Assembly: GCF_000143415.4 (NCBI RefSeq)
Contig: NW_003314297.1
Span: 620,001 to 684,000, forward strand
DNA from: Selaginella moellendorffii
Taxonomy: Eukaryota; Plantae; Lycopodiophyta
DNA length: 64,000 bases
Direction of reading: 5' to 3'
Shown: positions 24,665-37,647 of the stretch, in pieces
How positions within the stretch are numbered: the first letter of the stretch is position 1
Layout: every line of letters starts with the position of its first letter
Made by a program: the position numbers and the translations under genes
The notes under the pieces: generated by a model
What the model was told of the DNA's origin: nothing
What the model saw: only the letters and a program-made list of their open reading frames with translations
Databases searched by the model: none

Positions 24665-26796
24665 TTACTGGGATTTATCCCACTCCGTGTTTTGCAGGCA
24701 CGCCGGATCGAGATGGTCGGGCCCCAGCCTGACGCAGTTGATGTAATTCACCAAGCTGTGCCCGGCGATCCCAGGCACGAGCAAGCCTGCAATCCTTGCC
24801 ACAGTGGACAACCTCGTCTCGCTAAACTCCCCGCCATATCTATAGCTCATGAAGAAGCTCTGGACGAGCTCGAACAGCGCGTAAAGCCGGGACAGCACCA
24901 TGTAAACCGGGGAGAAGAAATTGGGAAATGGCTCGTCCGGAAGGATCTGCGTAGAAAGTTAATATGGATCCTACACAGAGAGCGGTGTCTTGAAGTAAAG
25001 TACCTGGAGGGTGTAGTTGTAAGTGAAGTAGCAGCAATTCCCGAAATGCTTGAAGCCAAACAAAGAGTTGTCGAAGGGAACTCGAGCTACCATGTCGTTA
25101 TTGTAGACAACTCTAAAGTACCTCATGGTTGGCTTGTTTAAGCTGGTGTCCATGAAGGACGCAAAGCTCTTGTCTCCAACGCGGGGCTGGCCAAACGTAT
25201 AGAGCGCCGCGAGCCTCCTGGCAACGTCGTCCTCGGTGTTGTAAAAGACTCGATTCTCTTCCCGGTTGTAGAAGAGCATGGCGGTGAAGAGCGTTGCCAG
25301 AGCGCCGCCGAGGCTGTGACCGGTGATGTAGAGCTTTGCGTTTCTGTGGTTCCGGAGGATGGTGACGAGCTCCGCACTGATGTGGTCGTACGCGAGCAGC
25401 TTCGTCTCATCGCTGAGGACAAAGTCGGGTAATCCAGATGTTGGAGTCTGTGGCAACGGAGTCCTCGAGTTCTCGTAGATGTTCTGCTTCAACCTCTGGA
25501 AGCTTTGCATCCTGTTCCTGTCGCCCAGCCCCAGTGCTTCGAGGAATCCGAGATGGACACGGCCGAGCTGCGGGAGCTCGTACCAGGAGAAATCCAAGTC
25601 TGTGCACCAGTCGTATGCATTGAAGGCTTCCGTTCCCCGGAAGGCAAGAACGATGGCTCCGGCATCAGTTTCCCGGTCCGCAAAGATGAATGCTTGAGTC
25701 GAGTTGTTTTTCTGAAACTCTGTAGCATGAAAGGGTGAGGGCAACGTCAGATGAAACTGGATAGCGACCTCTTACCGTTCCAACAGTTGTAAGTTCCTAG
25801 TAGATGCATCTGCAAAGGAGAAGCTGATGGAGTCAGAGGTTGTGCAAGGCTTGGACTTACCTTCCAATTCTGATTCACGACAAATTCGATGAACTTCGGG
25901 TTCTCATACGCAACCTTAGACGCCATAGCACAAACATCTGCTACCGCTTTGGAGTCTGGACATGAAAGACACAGACGCTGAGACGAAGGGGCTTGGAGGA
26001 GGCTGATTCTTGGTTCCATGTGGCCGTTGAAAGTTAGGTAGCTCTCCGAATCCTCGGAAGGATCAACAAGCGCTGGAAGAACAGCACACAATCAAAAGTC
26101 AACACCGTGAAATCAATTCTAGTTACCTTGTGGATCCATCGAAATAGTATACAAGGTCCTGAGAATTCCTCCATTGGATGCACAAAGGTTAATTGCCTTC
26201 TCCACCCATCTTCCAAAGTGCTTCAGCGGTTGAGAGACAGACCTCATGCTCCAGAGCATAAACAGAGAAAATCTCGCCCTCCAATCCAAGTTCACACTCC
26301 CGACGTCCAAAGAATGCGAGATGTGAGGCCACAGGTACGACCACACGCTCGTATAGTGTGCTACGAGATAGCATCGATCATCTGCGACACGAGTGCCCAT
26401 ACTGGAAAAAGCCTCACAATGTCGAAGTTCAAGAGCGAAGAGAAGAATAAGAGGATAGCTTTAAAACATGAAATTCCGACTTACCACAACTCCTTATCAA
26501 CAGAGGATTTTATAGAGTGATAAGTCTTCTGGAAACAACTCGGCAACCGCGGAAACTTCAATCCCGCACGTATCCTCCTGCAAGTTTTTGCAAAAACACG
26601 AGGTTAGCGCCCACACTGTGTACTTTGCCTGCTAGCCTTCCACGCCGATCTCAACGTCCTGGCCGTCGTCTAGTTGCTTCTCCCGATTCCGGACGCTGAT
26701 CTTTCGGAACTTTCGCTGCCACCTCTGTTGTTGCGTTTGAATTCCTGAGTCACGACTCGGCCTTCCCTGTGTTGATACACCTGCTTTCCCGGACAT
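24665..26796 (-). CDS. Class 3 triacylglycerol lipase (oil-body lipase-like), copy 1; 5' end uncertain
   Basis: MASKVAYEN, IVLAFRGTEAFNAYDWCTDLDFSW, VHLGFLEALG, GHSLGGALA, YTFGQPRVGD, RVVYNNDMVARVP and HSLVNYIN. Confidence 0.85.
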
Positions 26797-27479
26797 GTCC
26801 TCATTTTCGCGCCTCCGTGATAAACATCCGGAAGATTCGGACCACTTCCTTGTGCAACGAGGATATAGAAAGGACAGCAGAAGCAACTACGCCACAAGTT
26901 CTTGCTCTTCTACAAGAACAAGATCAAACAACAGCTAGGGGCTTCTTCAATGTGGATGCAGAGAGCAGCAGTCAGTAAATCAGATCTCTCAAAGTAAACT
27001 CCCAAGTACGTTTTTTCCTTTGAAGAACTTTGATTAATTTGGCAGGAACCACCTCCATTTTTTAGCATGACACCTTCAAAAAGACACAAGGTCGGCCAGG
27101 ATTTTTTTCGCCCGGAAGACTCGCACTTCTTCTGGCCTTTTCACCGATGTAGTTTTGGAGGCAGTCAGTGCTCTGATTCTCTTCTCAACGTTAACCAGGA
27201 TGATATGAAGGTCGGCCATATCGCTTTCAGATGGTAGTTCGTGTGGCACGGGATCGTGGCAAGCAACTCTGAAAAAATATCACACAAGAAAAGAAAAGGA
27301 GAAAAGGTTCAGCTTCCAGCCATCTTCTACGATGGAAATAAAAGCAAGGCACTCACCGCTCGGTTGGATTCGCTTTTAGGCTTATTGTTTTTCGACAGCT
27401 GAAGTTTCCGGTAAGTTGAAAACGGAGCGCGTAATCGAACCGAGCATCTTCGCAGGAGACGAGCGGAATCAAACTTAAC

Positions 27480-28469
27480 AGTTTGTCTTTAACCGCATCG
27501 GGACGAGGCGTCCCAGACCTCTTCCTCTTCCAGATTCTGCAAACAAAGCCGACATGAGGGCACATACAACTATGGAATCTCTTACCAAAAGTTTTTGTCC
27601 AATTGAGTTCAGTGATTTTGGAGTCATCTGGTCGATGTAAAGGACACCCTGTGCGAACAAATACCATGGCCACCTTGATGTTTGCACAGAAAAAAAACAA
27701 AGGAGACATTACCTCCATGTCGGAAAATTCGAGCAGTCCAGCCCCTGAAGGCGGTACCAAATTTCTTCCCGTTGATGTCTTGAGCTTTCAACTCGGATCG
27801 ATATCGGTCTCTGGAAACAAAGACGCATGCTATAAAAGAGAATCTCTATGTACAAAGGAATAGTACCTAGACATCGGCTTGAGCGCCGTAAAAAGGTAGG
27901 CATCCTTCTAGAGTATCAGCTTCTCGCTCTTTCCCAAACTTGACGATCAAAACGTACCCTTTGCCTTTGCCTCTTTCGCCCTCGGGATTAAAGACCATGA
28001 GCCTGGCATTGATGCATACTTGTGGAGCGGACAAGCCTACTCCATCTCTCCTGGCAAAAACGAAAAGAAAGATAAGGATGCCAACGTTGGACAGTGATGA
28101 AATTCGCAAGGAACATGCCTGTAAGTCACGTCATTATCATCGAAGGAATTGATGCGGATGTTCCTTGCGCGGAGCTTGGGATCGGGATACAAGACAATGC
28201 TGAGATTGGAATTGAATTCCACAGGGCCAGCTGCGAGGAAACAAGAAAATCAGGAGGCAAGAACCCTATACCACGCAATTTCACCATCGGCTTCCGCTCT
28301 CTGTGAACAGTCGTGTAGCTGCCGTTATCACTTGAAATCCTCGCTGCTGCTGCTATTGCCGGAATGTGCCCGCATTCAATCTCGATCGTGCTTCCAGGAA
28401 TCCATTCCGAGCATTCGATGGCGCCACGGATTTCCGCCACGCGACGGCATCACCGCCAGTTGCCGCCAT
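27480..28469 (-). pseudogene. PDF1B: Peptide deformylase 1B pseudogene, copy 1
   Basis: YPDPKLRARN, DGVGLSAPQV, EGCL and GVLYIDQM are present. It has deletions (LKKLVDEML, VNPM), a frameshift, and HExxH reduced to RHG. Confidence 0.85.
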
Positions 28470-29129
28470 TACCCAAATCACCAGAAATTAGGGTTCTTGC
28501 AAGGTTTTATATTGGCTGCTTGTATGGTAAAATTTGCCAAGACAAAGCGCGGCTCTAAGATAGTCAAAGGCATTCTAATTGAGTTGACTTATACAAATGT
28601 GCTATAGAATTTATCTATATTTCAAAACCGAACACTTCGATTTCAAGATATAGGTTTGTGAATTACTTGGATTTCAATATCAACAGAATATTACTGTATC
28701 TTGACATTAGCAGAAGAGAATGTTTGAAAGAACTGATTGATAAGTATTTGAATGTGATTTCAGGTAAACAATTATGTGATACACTTCCCCCTAGTAAACT
28801 GACAAGGAAAAAATTAATAATTTGCACACTTTATAAAAACTTAAATGAGTGGGTGGATAGCCACGCTTCTCTCCAAAACTTCCAGCTTGGAAAGTCCGGA
28901 AGCCTATTCTCCAGTTGCTACTCAAGCAAGTAGCAAGCATTGGAGCATCGGCCACTTCAATATGGTTCTCCAATTCAGGTAGGACCTCTAGCACTACCTG
29001 TCTCTTCTGCTCTCCACATATCCTGAGCACAGTCCAAAAGAGCCCCGGAATTTCATCTTGTCGAACACTTTTATATTCCCCTCCATTAGGAAACAAAACT
29101 CATGAAAGATCACGGTAAAAAAGTTAAAA

Positions 29130-30250
29130 TCAAGCATCAGATGCCATACGATAGGTTTGCTGCCGTGGAGATGTCAGGCTCTTCATTGCGTCAACAAGCT
29201 ACTCGTGATGTGGCCTACTCGTGATTGCAAAGAAGAGATGCAGGTCGCACCGATACTGGACAGGATGCTACGGAACCTTGGCCGCTTTACAAGGCCCCGT
29301 GAACTTGAAAAGGAGCCCCCGTCATCGCCATCTGACAAAAAAGCGGACTTTGTGCTCCAGTATGAGGTTGACAAGGAAGACAGGAGACCCAGGTAGACGC
29401 GGAAAACCTTCCCAACTCTGAGAGTCTTTGGACTCTTCAACAGATGACCTGCTGATAAAACCTCAGTCTGCGAGCAATTCTTCTCCGAGGCACTATTCAG
29501 ATGTACGTGTACACTAAACGCTACACGCTTCGTGGCCTGCGGCTCAAGGTGACGTTGGATTTCAAAAGCAACGCTCTCAGCCTGCTATGTACGCCATATA
29601 GGAACTCCTGGAGACAGCAGCGCGTCCGAAGAGCTACAGACCGCCAGTTACCATCATGGTAAGAATAGTTAGTCACTTGGATCATGAGCGCTGACATATC
29701 GTCTTCTAGGCCGGTGACAAGGATGACTGGTATTACGGAATCCTGGAAATAGATGGTTTCGTTTGGGTGGAGAACCATCAGGTTGATCAGGCCAGCTTGC
29801 AAGGTAAATGACTGCAAAAACGGCTGCCCGTCTAGCTATTTGTGGTCGTGTGCGCAGAGTTCCCGGAAGAAAAGATGGAGGTGAATCCGAAGAAATTCAC
29901 TCCAAGCTTCACCCGCACCGAATTACAGAACAACTTCGAAACGTGGAAGAAGGACTTCGCTAAGATCAAGATGAGAATCCCCAATGGTCTTCACCCGGTT
30001 GGCCGCTTCTTCATCAAGCGCTTTGGTATTGACAGACTTGCAGGACGGTACAAGGGTATATAACAAGATGCCTACCCTTGGCGGTGAAGCGGAGCTTGCC
30101 AGGGGGGCAAAAGAGGTTCTACGATGGCATGCTCAAGACTCTTGTTGGTCGTCAAGTCACCAACTGGAGTCCCCAGGATGCGCTCCATGCGTGGAACGCA
30201 CGCAAGTGCCTCCTAGAGATGACTTAGGTGCTCAGCCAACGATAAACACT
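29130..30250 (+). pseudogene. Disrupted intron-containing gene of an unknown lineage-specific family (copy 1)
   Basis: Fragments EMQVAPILDRMLRNLGRF and EFPEEKMEVNPKKFTPSF...LHPVGRFFI, paralogous to 45668-46994, with stops and frameshifts. Confidence 0.5.
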
Positions 30251-30409
30251 TGAGAAATGTCGGTGTTTTCAGGTTTTCCAATTTTTGATAGCTGTGCTGG
30301 AAGTATATGTAAAGATCTTTTTGCGATCTCTTGAAACTATACCTCGATCTTCTCTCTACTCCCACGCTGCACTGCCGATCCCTTTGGTCACTACTCAAGA
30401 GGATTGAGT

Positions 30410-30600
30410 GTAGCCACTACAATGCCACCTGTTTGCTTGTCCATTGACAATCCAGGAAATGCCAAACTTGGCTGCCATGGTTTGCAAAACGAGCGATTGC
30501 TCCTTCCACAGGCCTGCACTGCAATAGAGCTTGACCATGAGCATGTCACAAGCCAAGTCACTGGAGCCACTGTCCAGACTCCACGAAGCGATCAAACACA
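30410..30600 (-). pseudogene. PPR E-motif relic (copy at ~47130-47300)
   Basis: MLMVKLYCSAGLWKEQSLVLQTMAAKFGISWIV resembles the E-domain consensus YvLlsNiYasaGrW...PG.SWI. Confidence 0.45.
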
Positions 30601-30954
30601 CCTTTATCCTTTTGGTAATAATTTTAGCATTATGTATAAATTTTCATTTTCATACATAAGATAGTGTATAGTTTTTCAAATAAATTATTTTTCACTGAAA
30701 CATTGTTATCAAAATAGTTTTCTAGAGTTTATATGCTATATAATTATTCATATAGATTATAGTTTGATCAAATTATTCATGTCATATAATCTACCCAGTT
30801 TATTATAAGCCTATATTATCCAATATCAAACTGCAATGTCTTTAACTCATCCATCCTTGAAAGTGTTTACTTGCCAATGTAAGTAAACAAAAAACTCAAT
30901 ATTATTCACTAAGAATTGCAAGATGGATCTTTCAAGTATGAATTTTTTGGAACA

Positions 30955-31775
30955 TCTATAATAATAAGAACAAAGAACCCACACCCCCGCAGCCATCCGA
31001 TCCCAGGCCCGGGGCAGCCTCAGAAGCCATGGTCCTCGGGAAGGGGAGGCCAGCCCAGGCTCGAGCCAGGGCCTATGGCCATGGTTAGCAGGAATATCGG
31101 CTCAATGTTGTGGCGGCCAATGGGTAGGATGCACGCGTGGCCGGGAAGGGAAGAGGGCGTGGTGACAGGTGTTACACCATGCACTCCTAGGGCTCCAAAA
31201 AATTCGTCTGCCACTCATCAATTCGATTGCCAATGGCCCATGGCCGATGTAATTAGAGCAGCAGTGCCATCTCCAGCACTCCAGGTTCCTTTCAAGAGTT
31301 TTTTACTTCTTATCCTTGGTTCTTCGATCGTTCTTCCTTTTTGATTCGTTTTTGCGACTGATGGATTGGTTTCTCTCGCAGGCAGTAGCTGTTCTAGGCT
31401 ACGCTTCTCTTTTTTTTTTTTGCATTTCAGCCTTTGATGCCATGGGCAGCCGGTAAGATTTTGTATTCTATGATGAGATTGTTTTTTTATCCGATACTGC
31501 TTCTGTTGAATCTAAAATTTAGTTCCAGTTTCCGAGAGTTTGAGGGCCGGTTTCAACGATGCTGTGCCAGGTAACCTGATGCTGGCGTAGGAGCAGCACT
31601 TGGGGCTGCAGCTCAAAATTGCAAAGCTGTGGATTATGAGGCAGAGATTGGTAAACAAAACATTGGAGTTATTTTGTTGTTCTTGAGTGTGCTTTGCAAA
31701 AGTCTAATATTTTCCTTTCAGATCATTACATAGTTGTGAAATTTATATATAGTCTGCATTTCTATTCTGCATAAA

Positions 31776-31841
<66 letters not shown>

Positions 31842-32931
31842 CAAACCTATAATTGAAGTGACTGAAAATGCCTTGCCTCTGCCATCTTTTGAGAACCATA
31901 CGACATAGTAAACAATCTAATGGAGATTTAGATGCCTCTGAAACTATGATTGATCATGATACACATACTATAACTGTTCAAAATAATCATGATAATGATT
32001 CTATACACCAAAATTAATCATGATAATGATTATATACAGCAATCAGTTGGACACTCAGAAGCATTTGGAACCTTACATGCATGTCATTATGACAATTACA
32101 TATATCAAGAAATATTAAATCCACCACTCCCACCCATGAATACCACACTAGCAAGCCATAGCATTTATAATGACTTTAACATAATAAATTTTAATATTGG
32201 TAGTTTATCATTTGTTTGTACTTTTTGTAATGCATTGCATTTTAAAGATGAAAACTCTTCAATATGTTGCCAGAATAACCAAGTTATATTACCTTCAATT
32301 TCACCTTTACCATTTGATTTACTTTCACTTTACAAGCAAAATAAGAACTCTAATTTTAAAATAAATATTAGACACTATAATAGTACTAAATTCTATCACA
32401 CCTTCTGGTCTCCCACCACATAAACTCTCTCTCAAACAAGGAGCTATTCTTATCCTCCTAAGAAATATGTCTCCATCAGTAGGACTATGCAACGGCACAT
32501 GTTTCATCCTGAAAAATGCACTACCAAATGTTTTAGATTGTGAAATTGTGATGGGGCAATTTAAAGGGACAAGAGTTTTTATCCCACGTATCACACTAAT
32601 ACCATCAAATACAAAAATTCCATTCAAAATGTCCAAACGACAATTTCCAATTCGTTTGGGTTACTGTTTAACAATCTCCAAATGCCAAAGACAGACATTT
32701 GACCGAGTTGGAGTTTACTTGCACCACCCAGTTTTCACTCATGGGCAACTTTATGAGGCTTTATCAAGATGCATATCACCACATGGACTTGGAATTAAAG
32801 TTCAAAACACCACACACCAAGGCCACCTCCTTCCTCAAGATCCTTCTGTTTTTACAATTAACACTATCTATAAAGAGGTTATATATTAAACCTCTTTGTA
32901 AACCACCCAGCATTTGCTAGGTAAGTACTCG
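30955..32931 (+). mobile_element. Non-autonomous, internally deleted Helitron
   Basis: 5' a|TC; 3' hairpin ACCCAGCATTTGCTAGGT then CTCG|t. It has a RepHel N-terminal CxxC..CC fragment and a PIF1-helicase C-terminus (LCNGT, RQFPIRL..TISKCQ.QT, VFTHGQLY.ALSR). An empty site is present in the duplicate at ~47733. Confidence 0.9.
31778..31837 (+). repeat. (TA)n microsatellite inside the Helitron
   Basis: About 30 TA units. Confidence 0.95.
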
Positions 32932-35289
32932 TTATCAATGCTCTCCAACAATTTGATCTATATAGTTTGCATTAATGTAACCTCCACAATATGGGCAAGC
33001 CTTCCTTAAAGTCCTATTATGTCCTCAACTAAAATTTATATTGCTGTTGTTGGAAAATACTTCTGGAAATTGATGTGAAACCATATCTAAAATTATATAA
33101 AAACACCACCAAAAAGTGTTATAGTGAGGGAGAATATAAACTTCCCTCAGCAAACTCCCAATAGGAAGATTATATATATGATCAGAATGCATAAAATCAA
33201 GAGTTAAAATATGCCATCTAGTGTATTTATCTACCTCTAGCCTACCTCTAAAAATGTGATATTTAAGAAACAAAAACAGAAACAAAGTGCCTTAAACATT
33301 GTAATTAGAATTCTTATACTACTTTGCTATTAAATAAGTCTCATTAATATAAATTTTCTGATAAGTAAAATTATAATAACTTGCTGCATGTTGCATGCAG
33401 CAACATTTGGTTTGCTTAATAGTATTTCTTATTATTTAATAATATAATTGATTAACTGGAAGTTAATAAAGACTAATCTTATTACATATCAACCATTAAA
33501 TAAACTAGAATATACAAGGAAGTATTTAGAAAAGTTTATAAATTATAATTATATCTATAAAATTACAAATACGAGATTAATCTAAGTGAATAACAATCAT
33601 TAGGTAGTAGAATATCCTAGAATATCAAAGTATATTCTACACTACTCTAAGCAAACCAAAACTATAATAAAAACTATATAGTTTAACATATTTAAATTAT
33701 TCAAATTGTATTTGTGTTGGCATCGAAGATGGGGCCATTTTTGTTTTCTATGAGTTCCCCTCCAAACCGAAAATAACTCTACATTTTGTAATCATTGGTA
33801 TTAAATGGCTAACAATGATTTTAGTTTTTTGTAAACATAAGCTAAGGATCTCTTGTTTCTTTCGACAACAAGGCTATAAGTTGTAAGGGCACAATTTTTA
33901 TATTATTTATAGTGTAACAAAGTAAGATCCTAAGATCTTCTTCAGACTTTCTAGTGGTAGTAGCCTATTAGTTTCTTTGATCTTTAGAAAATTCATACTT
34001 TTGAAGAATGATCTGTAGAAAAAAAAGTTTAAGTAAAAATCATACCAAAAATTAGTTTGCACCTCTTATGATGTTTCAACCATGTTATTTTCAATTAGTG
34101 GGGATTTCATACAAAACCTGGAACTCACTTTTATCACTATATGCTCTTCATAAATAAAGATGTTATCAGTGAGATTTATCCCAAATATTACTCTAATATA
34201 GACATATATGAATTGCCATTCAATAGCTTTAATTGTCCATATGGTCTCAAATGTCAATCTCTGGCTTATAGAAGATGGTCATAATATTTAATATGAGCCT
34301 CAACTATTCTATCAAGGCATCTCCAACCAATATAGCTATCACATATAAAGTATACCATTGAAAGAAAACCTTATTCATTTGCATGAGCCAAGAAAAATAT
34401 TTTATGGTGGTTAACATTATATCATCTTGTTAAAATGGTGAGTGAATAGTCATCATCCTTACCTTTGTTTTAATTTTAATCATGACTCTAAAAATCTCTT
34501 TACTGATTTTCTTGCAGTTGTTAATTGCAAGAGTATGTATTGGTTCCATGATGCATGCTTCTAAAATATAGAGCCTGCAAAAACAAGTTACAAAAATAGT
34601 AAGAAAAATATCTAGTTATAAATATGTATTTTTAGTTTCAATAGTAATGACTTTCCTTGAATCCCTTTATTTTATTGTACTTCTCTTAGATTGACTCGTA
34701 AACCATCAAGCTCTATAGTTATAATTTTTCAAACACCATTCTTTCAATCCTTTTATGTAGCTTTATGAATTTAAATAAAATACTAACATTAGTTGTCTCC
34801 TAATGGCATCTCCTATATCTAATTTTATCACTATTTGACATCTTGAAAATCTTGCATTATACAAAATGATTGAATTCAAAACTCACATAAATAACTCTTT
34901 GATTTAGCATAATTAGCAATACTCAAAACCTCCTGGAAAACTATATATGACTTCCCACACCTTCTTTGAAGAGAAGCTCTAACTCTTACAGAAACGGCTA
35001 AAGAAAAGTCGTCCCTGCAGCTAGGATCTTACTTTGTGCAGAGTTAAAACTATCCTAATGTAAAAGCAATATCAAATTTCAATAATCCCTTAAAACACTA
35101 GTTGGACATGCATAATTATACTATATGGTGTAAACCATGCTCATCCATATATATGTTTTCATGTGGTTTTGGTTAACATGTGATTTTTCAAAGATAACTT
35201 AGGCACTATAATAGCAATTTGAAGTGTTGGCTTGGATCAACAAACTCCTAATGCTATTATTATATAACTCACTCCCAGATTGTTTTGAA

Positions 35290-37224
35290 TAATTCTAATT
35301 TTACTTTAGTTACTTAACCATACTTTTGACCACTTGATTGAGTCTTGGTCACCACCTCCATATGTCTTATTCTTGACTTAGAACATGCTAGCCCCGTAAA
35401 TGGCATTTATGCCACTTAGTCTTTACACTTGGTCCAAGTGCTCCACATATCTAATCCCATAATTGACACTCAAAGGTATTATTAAGATATCAAACCATTA
35501 TGCTAAGGCCATGCCCATTCACCTTTGTTATATTGGTGGTCAAAAACCACCTACATCACAAACCCATCTCTCAAAGACTAGGTTATCTATCTATGAGTGA
35601 TCATCCCACGACCACACCTTAACATCTTTAAAATGCTAGAAGACATGGGAAACACCCTTCTTTATGTAGGTAGTTGTAGCACACCTTATCTCTCTCCCCT
35701 TAAGCCAACTGGAAAAGGGGCAATTGCTTGATGAGAGAGCCCTTAGTGGCTATTTTATCCCCATTTATCCCCCAAGGTTCCAAGGATCCACGGTGACAGT
35801 ATATCCAAATCTCATCCCATGATCATATGCGCTACACTCACCCCCCCTTAAGAGATGTCAATGTCCTCATTGACTATTGACTAGCAACCCCTACTGAGCC
35901 AAGGGGAACCAGCACCTCCATTTTCGTACTCAATCTATCAATCCTTCCATTGTGTAGACCAGCTATTCCATGTGAGGCAACTAGTCATCCACCCGTACCG
36001 CAGTCCCACAGTGGATACCTTCGTCCGTGGATACACCACACAAGAGGAAGGACGTACGCACGGATGCCCAATACGTACGATTTCAAATTTAGGGGTAGGA
36101 ATATACCTTTCTCAAGGGTATATTATACTTTTAAGTAGCCACTAATCAATGGGAATCGAACCCGTGCCATTTCCTCTGATACCAACTGTAGCACACCTTA
36201 TCTCTCTCCCCTTAAGCTAACTGGAAAAGGGGCAATTGTTTAATGAGAGAGCCCTTAGTGGCTATTTTATCCCCATTTATCCCCCAAGGTTCCAAGGATC
36301 CACGGTGACAGTATATCCAAATCTCATCCCATGATCACATGCGCTACAATAGTGCTACCCATATTTGGATTAAGAGCATTGACCATTTAATTTTCTTAAG
36401 GGAGCTAGTGTTGGCTCTTGAACATTTCACCAAGCTACCTTGTTTATTTATTTATATTTACTTTAACCTTAGATTCGTTAATGCTTATATCATCACCCAA
36501 CACATAAGTATAACCTTCCTTAGTCACAGTGGCCTTTCTTGGCCAAACTGACTCCATTGGAGTCCTCCCCCTTACTATACTTTTGGAGCTCACCAAACCC
36601 CCTAGGGTTTTGGGAGACAAACACTTTGGGCTTTCACTATTTGACTCAAACTTAGACTCGGACTCGGACTTGGATTCGAATTCGGTCTCAAACTCAATCT
36701 TGGTCTCAGACTTAATCTCGATCTTGGACTTAGTCTTGGTCTTGGTCTTAGTCTCTTTCTCGGCCTTGACCTTGTACTCCATCTCATGTCCATCTTAGAC
36801 TCAATCTCAAATTCCATCTCAGACTCGACCTTAGACTCCATCTCAGGTCCATTTCGGACTCAATCTCGGGTCCATCTTGAACTTGATCTCAAGTCCATCT
36901 CAGACTCCATTTTGGGTCCATCTTGGACTCCATCTCAGGTCCATCTTGAACTCCATCTCGGATTCATCTTGGACTCCATCTCGGATCCATCTTGGACTCC
37001 ATCTCAAGTCCATCTTAGACTTCATTTTGGACTTTTTATATCCCTTTTTAGAGACTCATTCACCAATTTTTTCGTACTCATCCCTCGAGTTCTACTCCTA
37101 TTTTCAAGTTTCCAAGTTGAAGCCTTTCATCCATTCATGTTATGCTTATTGGACTTTCGCTTCAACCACTACCATGTGGCACCCCTTCTAGTTGACTTTG
37201 GGGCTTAGGGATTTATGTCTCACA
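35290..37224. repeat. Inverted copy of the 3499-4750 repeat, carrying a TRIM insertion and an expanded short-period tandem array (~36650-37020)
   Basis: Shared sequence with 3499-4750, plus recurrent gactcg / ccatct(t/c)ggact units. Confidence 0.7.
35675..36348 (-). mobile_element. TRIM (terminal-repeat retrotransposon in miniature)
   Basis: 162-bp direct repeats at 35675-35836 and 36187-36348 (TGTAG...CTACA). PBS TGGTATCAGAG on the minus strand at 36174-36184, polypurine tract GGGGGGGTGAGT, near-perfect TSD gtagt/atagt and a non-coding interior. Confidence 0.9.
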
Positions 37225-37647
37225 ACTCCACCACCCATATACAAAGTTCGATGTTCTTATTGAATGATAAACCATTTTATAAAATAAACCCATCATAGAT
37301 TACCATTTTTCATCTTTGATATTTAACCAATATTTGTCAACAATTTGATACTGAAGGCTCACTACATCTTGCCCATCCTCTAAGGAACATAGTCTCTCCA
37401 ACTTAAAGAATTATTAGACCACTTGTGGTGGTTCTCTCCCTTTATTTGGTTTAATTCTCGCTAAACCCATTAGAGAGAATATGAATACCATAGAGGAGAT
37501 TGATTTGATTGAGCACCTTAAGCAAGTTAGATGTCTATTGGTTGAGGGAAATGCCACTAGAACTCGTATCGCGCTTGCAAAAACAATGAAGACTTGATGC
37601 TGGCAGATTTTTTCCTCCCTTCTGTTTCCTTCAAAGAAGAAGGTAAG

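Noticed and set aside
32950-35280. AT-rich stretch with short ORFs (also 47.4-50.5 kb)
   Set aside because: Looks like decayed non-coding or TE DNA; no supportable feature beyond the duplication.
36444-37208. Low-complexity ORFs and a regularly repeated array that could look CRISPR-like
   Set aside because: Degenerate 6/12-bp tandem repeats inside a dispersed repeat, with no unique spacers, in a eukaryotic context.
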